Source: Promethearchaeota archaeon
Lineage (GTDB): Archaea > Asgardarchaeota > Lokiarchaeia > Sigyniarchaeales > SOKP01
Length of the DNA: 39,480 nt
Direction of reading: 5' to 3'
NCBI GenBank assembly: GCA_011364925.1
Contig: RDOA01000033.1
Location: 1-39,480, forward strand
Shown here: positions 9,371 to 17,885 of the stretch, one piece after another
How the letters are laid out: each line of letters opens with the position of its first letter
Position numbering within the stretch: the first letter of the stretch is position 1
Made by a program: the position numbers and the translations under genes
Notes under the pieces: generated by a model
Databases searched by the model: none
The model's input: the letters and a program-made list of their open reading frames with translations, nothing else
Told to the model about the DNA's origin: nothing

Positions 9371-11104
9371 TTAAATATTTTTAACCATCCATTCCATTTC
9401 GAAGTAGAGGTTTTCAAAATCTTGTTCATTTTTAACTTTACTTTTTCCTTCTTTAATAGCTATCATTGTATCCATAAATTTTGATATTCTTCTTACTTTA
9501 GATTTCGTAATTTTTGGTTCCTTAGCGATAACAAAATCTAATACATTTTGGGTTGTAATTTTACGCCCTTGTAAAATTGCATTTAGTTTTCTTTCTAACC
9601 TTCTATATAGTAAAGTCAAAGCCTTTCCATATCTATTTTTCTCTCTATACCACTCGATCTTTTCTGCAAAAAAGGAGGACGTTCTAAATCTTTCTCTTTC
9701 TTCTGCTCTATCTATCTCTTCAGCTTTCTTTTTCTCCTTTTTCTTATCTTTTTTAGGTAAATATTTTCTCAAAGAATAAACTGCTAACAGAGGATATATC
9801 CAAGCGGTAATTGGATTAGTACTTAAATGTATGATATATTGAGTGATAAATCCAAAAATTCCTGCTGATGTCATATCTCTTGAGAATTCTGGTCGAATGT
9901 GAGCCTCGTCAAAAACGACGACCCAATTTTGTTTAGGTTCGCCATAAGTGAGCCAATGTATTATATTTAATCCAAATTGGAGATTATCATAAGCAGATTC
10001 AGCTATTAACTCGTTATTAAATAAACTCGCATCGGCTGATAAAAAAATTCTTGAATTTCCAATATCTTTAGCCATAAAAACCCCTTGTGAATAACCTCCA
10101 AGGGGCCATTTTGTCGGAAAACCAGGCAAGGCACCTCCGATAAAACTTAGATCAACATAGTCATCATCAAAATTATACTTATGGTCACCGTTTTTATCGA
10201 CATACCCATAATCCGTACTTGAACCTACTAAATCCCATCCAAAATATGAAATAAATGGACCTCCTACTACGGAAGATGCTTCTGATAAAATAACTTGGCT
10301 AATACCAATGGTGGTTGGATGAGTTGAAAATGATTTTATTACGGGAAAATCTGGTGCCGTGTCGAATGAAGCGTTATCTCTCAAGATTCCATTAGCGAAT
10401 ATTGTAACTGGTATTTTACCCATTAAAGAAGGATCAAGAAGGCTAGCTAAATAGATCTCCCATAATAGAGTACTTGTACTACCATGATCATGGCAGATAA
10501 ATAATGAGTTCCGTGTACTTGAAGTATTATCATATCGGAAAAAATCCAAGAAGTATGGAATTTCAAATATTGGATTATAAAATTGGTTCGGACCTAATAA
10601 GATCAATAAAATGGATTTGTCTAATCTTTCTGTAGCACTCAGACTAGACTGAATTGACATCACCTCGTATCCATCATTTTTTATTGCCTGTCTGAAATCA
10701 CTCGACCCATTCCAATCATTGTTATAAACTGAAAAGTTTTGATCGTTAACCCCTTGGTCGAATATTGGCCCAAACAAGGGGATAAAACAAAAAATAAAGA
10801 TTACTATGAAGAGAGCTTCTTTAAAGACAGATCCCCCTTTTTGTTTCTTTCGCGATTGGACTTCTCTTGATTTTTGAACTGTCACATTTCTAATAAAAAT
10901 TATTAATCCGAATCCTAAGAATATAGCTCCGATATAACACACTAAAGGTAAGTAACTTATGAAAATGGGAAGATCTTCACCATAAATCTCAAAGAAGCCA
11001 CTTATAAATATACCATAGACTATTAGAAAAATTGTGAAAAAGCCTATGACCAAACCCTTTGAGAGACTAACATTCCTTCCAGAAGATTTTCCAACACTTG
11101 ACAT
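9371..11104 (-). CDS. DUF4350-like membrane protein (3 N-terminal TM, extracellular domain, TM, cytoplasmic helical tail)
   Basis: FSVYNNDWNGSSDF, ADASLFNN and VVFDEAH motifs resemble DUF4350 proteins of MoxR clusters; a DxNxD-type possible Ca-binding loop (DKNGDHKY); genomic context. Confidence 0.7.
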   Translation of the reverse strand: MSSVGKSSGRNVSLSKGLVIGFFTIFLIVYGIFISGFFEIYGEDLPIFISYLPLVCYIGAIFLGFGLIIFIRNVTVQKSREVQSRKKQKGGSVFKEALFIVIFIFCFIPLFGPIFDQGVNDQNFSVYNNDWNGSSDFRQAIKNDGYEVMSIQSSLSATERLDKSILLILLGPNQFYNPIFEIPYFLDFFRYDNTSSTRNSLFICHDHGSTSTLLWEIYLASLLDPSLMGKIPVTIFANGILRDNASFDTAPDFPVIKSFSTHPTTIGISQVILSEASSVVGGPFISYFGWDLVGSSTDYGYVDKNGDHKYNFDDDYVDLSFIGGALPGFPTKWPLGGYSQGVFMAKDIGNSRIFLSADASLFNNELIAESAYDNLQFGLNIIHWLTYGEPKQNWVVVFDEAHIRPEFSRDMTSAGIFGFITQYIIHLSTNPITAWIYPLLAVYSLRKYLPKKDKKKEKKKAEEIDRAEERERFRTSSFFAEKIEWYREKNRYGKALTLLYRRLERKLNAILQGRKITTQNVLDFVIAKEPKITKSKVRRISKFMDTMIAIKEGKSKVKNEQDFENLYFEMEWMVKNI

Positions 11105-11158
11105 TATAAATTTGTTTTACCTTTTATTAAAAACTCAATATTAATCGGAACTAAAACA

Positions 11159-11539
11159 CTAAAAACTTACAGTTGGTAACGTTTTACCTGTTATATCGTT
11201 GTATAAATTTGAAAATAATTGAACCGTAAAGTTTAATTCTTTTCCTGTGGGTTCCACTCCACCATATATAATATCTTCAATTTTTTTTATAAAAGGATAT
11301 ATGGTTTCTGGTTTTTGTCCTAAATCGTTGACACAGGTTATAGCATATTCTCGTATTGTTTGGTATGCTAGACGTGGTTTTTTATACTTGAGAGTTATTA
11401 TATCGTTGTATATTAGGTAGATGTAAGCAATAGCTTCTTTCGCTCTATTTGAATCTGTCAAAATCTTTACATTTTCAAATTTTTGCTTAATGTTTACTTC
11501 AGGTTCTGGTTCCTTTTTTGATTTTTTCGTTTTTGCCAT
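11159..11539 (-). CDS. Small soluble DUF4129-like helical protein
   Basis: EAIAYIY...QTIREYA...IYPFIKKIEDIIYG pattern; clearly homologous to the C-terminal domain of 11645..13225. Confidence 0.7.
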   Translation of the reverse strand: MAKTKKSKKEPEPEVNIKQKFENVKILTDSNRAKEAIAYIYLIYNDIITLKYKKPRLAYQTIREYAITCVNDLGQKPETIYPFIKKIEDIIYGGVEPTGKELNFTVQLFSNLYNDITGKTLPTVSF

Positions 11540-11644
11540 ATTCTTTACCTATTTCTGTTTTGTTAATTTATTAAATTATTTTTTTTGATTTTATATTTCT
11601 TTCTACTTTTTGTTTTAAGTTTCAATTTGATCTGTTCTAATTTA

Positions 11645-13225
11645 TTAAAAATTTAATTCAAAATTGTATCCAGTTAATTCAAAGTATATTGGAGAGAATA
11701 AATTAATTGTACCGTAGAACTCTTTATCAGTTATCTGAAAGGGTTTTGCGTATATTATCTCCTCTACTTTTTGTATAAAAGGATAAATGGACGCTGGACT
11801 TAATTTTAAATTTGTTACTGAAATTATAGCAAAATCTCGTATAGTTTCATTTCCTTTTCTAACTCTACCAAATTTAGCTCCAATTAAATCCATGTAAATT
11901 GCATTGAAGAGGTAGGACAGTGATTCCTCTAACCTACCAGATTCTTTTAAAATTTTGAGATTTATTATTTTATCTTCAAGAGGTAGATTTACTACCTTTG
12001 ATAGCTTATCTTGTTTCTTATAATAACGATAACCATAAAAAGCTAAACCTCCGATAACAACTCCTATTATTGGAAGAAAAATTGAGAAGAACATTAGGAA
12101 AGGAGGAGCTTGAGGACCTAAACCAGGGGTTACTGTTGCTTGTTGAACGGTAATAAATTGTCTAGTGACTATATTTTTACCAGGATTATTTAGCAATCGA
12201 ATGGAAATACTTGCCTGGCCAGTCCATTGAGGAAGTGCGTGAACAATTGAAAAATCTCCGTTTGAATCTGTTGATAGAGAATTAATGAAAGTCCCATTAT
12301 AATATATTTCGATAATTCTGTTGGTTATAGCGAGAGAAGGATTGGTTCTAGAGACTACTTTTCCTGAGATTCTTAAATTGCTGGAAGCTCTAATTGTCGA
12401 TGGTAGGTCCCATATACATGATATATTCGAAAATAGATTTGTATTAGTATAGAGATGGTCGGAATATCCGACATCGGGTGGCGAAGCGTATGTAAGGAGC
12501 AGTTCTAAAATAGTAATACCAATATCTGGAATAAAAACTGGTTGGATTAAGCCTGATCCATCTGTAGAGACAAACCCACTATCTACAACAACGGGTCCAT
12601 CATACCAATAATAATTAATGGTTGAAAAAGGAATCCCAGAGCCACTATAATACCTTAAATAATCATCATTATCGAAGTCAAAAAATTCTCCGATTAATTT
12701 AGCTGTTCTAGGAGTATTAAAATCAAAATAAGAAGTGGTATTTACATAGATTATATAATGAGTACGATACTCGACTGTATCAGGAGTAGAATCAATCACA
12801 GTTGCTTCAATTTTATGAGACGAGTATATATCAAGGAAAGGATCAACGATATAATCTATTTGGAAATAGCCGTTTATGTCTGTAACATCATTATAACTGG
12901 AATCTACAACGTCATCTACTTCAATAGCAATAGTGTATCCTGGCTTTCCCTCTCCACCAGGAGGAATCCTGTTAAAAAGTCGCCCTTGTACGGTTATTAG
13001 ATCATCGTGAGTAAATCGTGTGTTATTGATGCCAACAGGATTAGTTAAATCTAGAGTCGCCCAGATACCTGAACTTTTCAAGTATTTTTCTTTATTTTGA
13101 ATATTCTGATAATTTGGAATTTGAAAAAATAATATGCTTGGAAAAATGATTAAGATACAGGCTAATACGATAACAATATAACCTATTTTATTATTAGGTT
13201 TTAATATATTTACTAATCTCGTCAT
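11645..13225 (-). CDS. Membrane-anchored Ig-like repeat protein with C-terminal TM and cytoplasmic DUF4129-like domain
   Basis: N-terminal hydrophobic helix; three beta-rich repeats carrying TDxxGxF-like motifs (TDINGYF, TDGSGLI, TDSNGDF); TM segment FLMFFSIFLPIIGVVIGGLAFY; tail with ETIRDFA...IYPFIQKVEEIIYA. Confidence 0.75.
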   Translation of the reverse strand: MTRLVNILKPNNKIGYIVIVLACILIIFPSILFFQIPNYQNIQNKEKYLKSSGIWATLDLTNPVGINNTRFTHDDLITVQGRLFNRIPPGGEGKPGYTIAIEVDDVVDSSYNDVTDINGYFQIDYIVDPFLDIYSSHKIEATVIDSTPDTVEYRTHYIIYVNTTSYFDFNTPRTAKLIGEFFDFDNDDYLRYYSGSGIPFSTINYYWYDGPVVVDSGFVSTDGSGLIQPVFIPDIGITILELLLTYASPPDVGYSDHLYTNTNLFSNISCIWDLPSTIRASSNLRISGKVVSRTNPSLAITNRIIEIYYNGTFINSLSTDSNGDFSIVHALPQWTGQASISIRLLNNPGKNIVTRQFITVQQATVTPGLGPQAPPFLMFFSIFLPIIGVVIGGLAFYGYRYYKKQDKLSKVVNLPLEDKIINLKILKESGRLEESLSYLFNAIYMDLIGAKFGRVRKGNETIRDFAIISVTNLKLSPASIYPFIQKVEEIIYAKPFQITDKEFYGTINLFSPIYFELTGYNFELNF

Positions 13226-13253
13226 TATTATCTGTATCTTTATATTTTTTTAA

Positions 13254-16200
13254 TTATGGCTCTCTATATAGTTCTATTGATAAAAATTCCACATAATAAT
13301 AATCAGGAGAACTGAAATTGTCTTCTGGGTAGAACGTAACATTAATCTCAGCGTTATCAGGCCAACTACCAACAAGTATAGTGATATTAAAGAAGCCATT
13401 AATATCTGTAAAACCGATGGCTGTTGCTAGCACATTTCCTACACTATCTGTTACGGTAACATTGACTTCCATAAAAGCCATGGCAGTTCCATTATCCCAA
13501 TTTAAAAATCCATAGACATAGAGATCGTCACCAAAGTAAAATTCATCTTTAACAACTCTAGTATCATAGTTTCCATTTATATTTACACCAGCTGTAATAT
13601 TGATGGGAACAACCATACTTATTGCTGTTTCCATATAGTTTGGCAAAGAGATTCCAACATCATAAAGACTTCCGGTAAAATAAATAAGAATGTAATAGCT
13701 ACCTTGAGGACAGTTCAGAAATATACGATTATTATCATAAAGATAATTTCCCCCATAAACGGTTCTAAATTGAGGACCATTTATGTTTAAGTACCCTGAA
13801 ACATCTCCAAGCGTACTATGCCATAAAATAAGACCTATTTCCAAACCGTTTAAATGCGTGCCGTTCTGTTGAAGCACGCCATCAACATTAAACTGATGAT
13901 AGTTTCTTTGAATTACCGTTCTGTCAAGATTAATAGAAATACTAATAGTTTCATTAATCACGATATAAGTAGTGTTAAAAGTGCTAAATGTATGATAATT
14001 AACTCGGAATCTTAACAAGCCCGCATATAAATCGTTTGTAGAGAGATTAAATTGAACGAACCCCGTTGAACCACTTGAAAATGTGTGTGAATCTAAAAGA
14101 TTATTAGTATAATCGTCATAGATATACACAGTTCTGGAATCAAACGGTTCTGGGTGAACGATTTGCACTTGAACATGGATAGTCTCGCCAAAATTATATG
14201 TTTCGGGGAGATATCCTGGGTCATAAAAAGGAACTGTGTGTCTACCTTCTACAGACAATAAAATATTGAGGTTATCAGGATCATATACTTGTAAATCCAA
14301 AATTCCATTATCAGCAGTGGTAAAATTACTATAACCTCCAAGATAGAAATCATATTCGTTATTTAAATTATAAGGCCAAGAGTACATAAAAATTCCATCA
14401 AATGCGACAATAATTGTGTAGTTTTTCTCAGGAGTTGAACTTAGAACCGAATAAGTTAAATCAAATACCCCACTTTCGTCTAAACGTAAGAATCCACTCT
14501 CTAGCGAGAGATATCCAGAGTAATCCGTAGCAAATTGGTCGAGCATATATACAAAAATTCTTGCGTATTTAATTGGCAAACTGTTGTTGGAATCTATCAC
14601 ATAGCCATGTATATTGAAATTTCTATTTGATGAACCACTCCTAGCGACGATATTCGGAGTGGGACCGCTTTCAATATTTATTGTTATAGGTGCGTTACAT
14701 ATAAAATACGAATAATTATAATTAGAGCCCCATCTAGCATATATTTGATGAGGTCCTGCAACAGTAAAAGTATCCGCATTATAAATTAAACTGGTAAAGC
14801 CATTAAGTGTTGAGGCTGAGCCTATTAAAACATCTTGAGTCACATCATAGAAGTCAATCCATTCTCCGTCACCAATGGGTATTCCGCCGGATTCGAGATA
14901 CACGCTTAAATTTACAAATCCATTCCTATAAATCACGGGTTGGTTATAATCGTCTGTTGGGTAACCATCTATCCAAAAATTAAATGTTAATGTGGTCGGA
15001 GTCGTTACCATAAGCTCATTAATAAACGTAGAAGATGTGTTGATATAAGGCAAAATAAAAAACGCGGGGTACACAGGATGAAAACTGCGATCAATAGTAC
15101 CATTGAAATCAAGTCTTAAAGTATAATTACCCGTTGGAGTATTCGATGCTACTTCAAACCATACATTAAAGTATCCATTGAAGTCGGTCCAGATTGTATT
15201 AGATGGCATTAAGTAAGGGGAACAGTCAATTCCACTTCTTAGTAACCGTAAATCTACTCTTGAATTCCCGATAGGTCTCCCAGTAGTGCGATCCAGAAGC
15301 TCTCCTTCTATATTGAAAAAGGTATTAGTAGCTCCCATTGCTGTGCGATTAATTACTCGAGGAACTGGCCCAGAAAAGATGTTGATTATAGGTTCTTCGT
15401 TTAGAATAAAGTATGAATGGTTTTCTTCTATCCCTACCTTTGCAAATAATAGATTTGGTCCTGTTGTCATTAGGTTATTTACAGTGTATCTGTATTTCGC
15501 AATCCCATTAATGTCAGTAGTATTAGCCCCTATTTGTAAACCACTCCTGTAGTCAAAAAACTGAACATTTTGATTTGGTATTGGGAAACTTGTTTCGTTC
15601 ACAACTTTTGCTTTTAGAATTATATCGTTACCTCTATTCGCAACCGGAGAATCTGGAATGAACGAGGGAACATCATTAATATAGAACCATACATATTTAA
15701 GAATTCCCCTTGTAACATTAAATTCCATTCGATTGCTTGAATCATTAACGTACCCAATGGCGAAATTCATAAAATACCAACTACCGTTTGTATCAATCCT
15801 TACATCGTATTGGTCAATAGAATTGTCGATAACATTAGTATAGACATCAAAAAAGCCATTAGGATCAGCGTTGAAGTATGTCATATCAAAGATGGGACTT
15901 GGAACTCTAGTACTTGTGCCCTTATAGAATACGACGATCTCCAAGGTCGTTCCACCTACATTTGTGTTTGCTACAGGATCGTATACATAACCTTGAATAT
16001 TTGTCGCAGGATCAATTGAAGTATTAACTTCTTGGGGGTTGATACTTTGAAGGTTTACTTCGATATCTCCATACACTGTATAAACGGTTGTATCATTAAC
16101 ATTAGGATTAAACTGAGCAAAAATATAATGGGGTCCTACTACCTGGGAATTATCGATATTTACTAAAATTGAAGCTTCCCCATTAATATCGGTGTAAACT

Positions 16201-17699
16201 TGGCCAAGGGATTGATACGATGTTATATCGAAGAACGAAATAGCTGTACTATTAACGGGATTTCCATCCAGTGTTAATGTTGCAGTCAAATTCGCCACAT
16301 TTCCTCTATATCCCGCTGTAAAGTTAGAATTTAAAACTAAAGAATAGTTGGCTAGTGTTGGAGGATTTCCTCCATAATTATCGTAATATACATCGAATTG
16401 TATCCATCTGCCATTTCCAATTGTATCTATAGGAATGTATATCTCAGCCCAATTATACATGTTTTTATATTTTATGGGGCAAGTGAGTTTCCCTTCTGTG
16501 GGATCAAAAATTTCTTGAGTTGTAAAGCTATTAAATCCATCTACAAAACGAGTCGGGATACCAAAAACTCGGGCAAATGCACAAAAAGCAGAAGTAAAAT
16601 CAGCCCAATATCCAATACCTTGCTCACAAAACCACTCTACTTGATCGTATCCCTGAGGAGCAGGATTATATTGGCTAGGATCTGTAATTCTAGCGAAATT
16701 ATATTGTAGGTAATTCCTAATCTTATCAGCGATAATAAAGGCATTATCACTACTTGTAATAGTTTTGTTTATTTCATTAACATAATAAGCGAAATCGTCA
16801 TTATTGTTGATATAAACATCAAGAGTATCTCCCTTTAGTTGTAAATATTTAGCTTGAATTGCAGGATCGATATATACAGGTTCAACTGCCATAGCATCGA
16901 TTTCAGCACCAGTTGGTAAATCTAACCCAAATAGCTCATAAGTCATGTTTACATTTCCTTGTGTGGCAGGATCAAGATTTATATCTAATGTAGTACAATT
17001 AAAATCATCCTTGTACAATTCAGGAGGACTTGTCATAAAATAGGGATTGGTATAAACACTACTTTCCATAATATAAGGATTAGGGAACAATGAAGGGATA
17101 ACCATTGAATTTGAGCCAGCATTTGGCGTAAGTAGCATTTTTAAAGATAACAAATCTTTGTCAGAATGATAACTTGAATAATTCGAATAGGAGTAAAAGT
17201 CAAGAATTTGTTTAGCAGCAGTTGAGTGCCATCCATCGCCGGTATATTCGTCAAAACTTTCGTATTTCCATAATTTAGTACGAATTTCATTGATATCATT
17301 ATAGTCGTAGATCCTGAAAACTTCAATTTCAGAAGCCATGAGTGCTGCAAGAGCTTGAGAATAATTATTTAAGTTTAAATCGTCGATGTTGCCATCAAAC
17401 ATTTCTTCTAAAGCGTTTAAAAGGTCACTCATTTCGTCTGGGGTTAGATTAAGATTTGAAAACAAGTCTTGAAAATCAGATACATTATAAGGAAATGGAG
17501 GCATTACTAATATGACGTCCTCGGGATCAGTTTCGTCCAATCGGTCGCTTGGAGTGGGCCTTTGGGTATTCCAAAGCAAACTCCAAAAAATAACTGAAAA
17601 CATAAACGCCCCGATTAACAATACTGCTACAACTACGATTTTAATAATTCGTTTTGTATTGATCGAGGTTGCTAATAAATCCTCACGAAATTCTGACAT
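13254..17699 (-). CDS. Large cell-surface transglutaminase-like (TgpA-type) protein with Ig-like repeat stalk; catalytic residues degenerate
   Basis: N-terminal TM; FDEYTGDGW (TgpA N-domain-like); core GYWADFTSAFCAFARVFGIPTRFVDGF...YNWAEIY...GRWIQFD; about 1000 aa of beta-rich repeats with many NxS/T sequons. Confidence 0.85.
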   Translation of the reverse strand: MSEFREDLLATSINTKRIIKIVVVAVLLIGAFMFSVIFWSLLWNTQRPTPSDRLDETDPEDVILVMPPFPYNVSDFQDLFSNLNLTPDEMSDLLNALEEMFDGNIDDLNLNNYSQALAALMASEIEVFRIYDYNDINEIRTKLWKYESFDEYTGDGWHSTAAKQILDFYSYSNYSSYHSDKDLLSLKMLLTPNAGSNSMVIPSLFPNPYIMESSVYTNPYFMTSPPELYKDDFNCTTLDINLDPATQGNVNMTYELFGLDLPTGAEIDAMAVEPVYIDPAIQAKYLQLKGDTLDVYINNNDDFAYYVNEINKTITSSDNAFIIADKIRNYLQYNFARITDPSQYNPAPQGYDQVEWFCEQGIGYWADFTSAFCAFARVFGIPTRFVDGFNSFTTQEIFDPTEGKLTCPIKYKNMYNWAEIYIPIDTIGNGRWIQFDVYYDNYGGNPPTLANYSLVLNSNFTAGYRGNVANLTATLTLDGNPVNSTAISFFDITSYQSLGQVYTDINGEASILVNIDNSQVVGPHYIFAQFNPNVNDTTVYTVYGDIEVNLQSINPQEVNTSIDPATNIQGYVYDPVANTNVGGTTLEIVVFYKGTSTRVPSPIFDMTYFNADPNGFFDVYTNVIDNSIDQYDVRIDTNGSWYFMNFAIGYVNDSSNRMEFNVTRGILKYVWFYINDVPSFIPDSPVANRGNDIILKAKVVNETSFPIPNQNVQFFDYRSGLQIGANTTDINGIAKYRYTVNNLMTTGPNLLFAKVGIEENHSYFILNEEPIINIFSGPVPRVINRTAMGATNTFFNIEGELLDRTTGRPIGNSRVDLRLLRSGIDCSPYLMPSNTIWTDFNGYFNVWFEVASNTPTGNYTLRLDFNGTIDRSFHPVYPAFFILPYINTSSTFINELMVTTPTTLTFNFWIDGYPTDDYNQPVIYRNGFVNLSVYLESGGIPIGDGEWIDFYDVTQDVLIGSASTLNGFTSLIYNADTFTVAGPHQIYARWGSNYNYSYFICNAPITINIESGPTPNIVARSGSSNRNFNIHGYVIDSNNSLPIKYARIFVYMLDQFATDYSGYLSLESGFLRLDESGVFDLTYSVLSSTPEKNYTIIVAFDGIFMYSWPYNLNNEYDFYLGGYSNFTTADNGILDLQVYDPDNLNILLSVEGRHTVPFYDPGYLPETYNFGETIHVQVQIVHPEPFDSRTVYIYDDYTNNLLDSHTFSSGSTGFVQFNLSTNDLYAGLLRFRVNYHTFSTFNTTYIVINETISISINLDRTVIQRNYHQFNVDGVLQQNGTHLNGLEIGLILWHSTLGDVSGYLNINGPQFRTVYGGNYLYDNNRIFLNCPQGSYYILIYFTGSLYDVGISLPNYMETAISMVVPINITAGVNINGNYDTRVVKDEFYFGDDLYVYGFLNWDNGTAMAFMEVNVTVTDSVGNVLATAIGFTDINGFFNITILVGSWPDNAEINVTFYPEDNFSSPDYYYVEFLSIELYREP
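13257..16350 (-). repeat. Protein-level tandem Ig-like repeats (alternating A/B modules, about four pairs plus a terminal module)
   Basis: A modules: FFDITSYQSLGQVYTDINGEA..VGPH, FFDYRSGLQIGANTTDINGIA..TGPN, FYDVTQDVLIGSASTLNGFT..AGPH. B modules: INIFSGPVPRVINR..FNIEG, INIESGPTPNIVAR..FNIHG. Boundaries are approximate. Confidence 0.7.
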
Positions 17700-17852
17700 A
17701 TTTACTCTATTTTACCCTTAACTTTTCCATATCAAGTTTGCAATACTAATTAAAATTATAGTATAAATAATTTTCCTAATAATTCAGATTGATATGAAAT
17801 ATTATAAAAAAATGAATAAAATCTGTAAAAATACAATCAAAATGAAGGTAAA

Positions 17853-17885
17853 CTTTTTTTTAAAAAAGGGAAAAATAAAAATTAT
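17853..17885 (-). terminator. Putative oligo-T archaeal terminator after the Pro-rich/Zn-ribbon gene
   Basis: The minus strand reads ATAATTTTTATTTTTCCCTTTTTT immediately after the stop at 17886. Confidence 0.4.

Noticed and set aside
6931-13254. Possible stop-codon readthrough or recoding fusing genes of the MoxR cluster
   Set aside because: At the two closest junctions checked (6934/6931 and 13254/13225) the ORFs are in different frames, and each downstream gene has its own plausible N-terminus.
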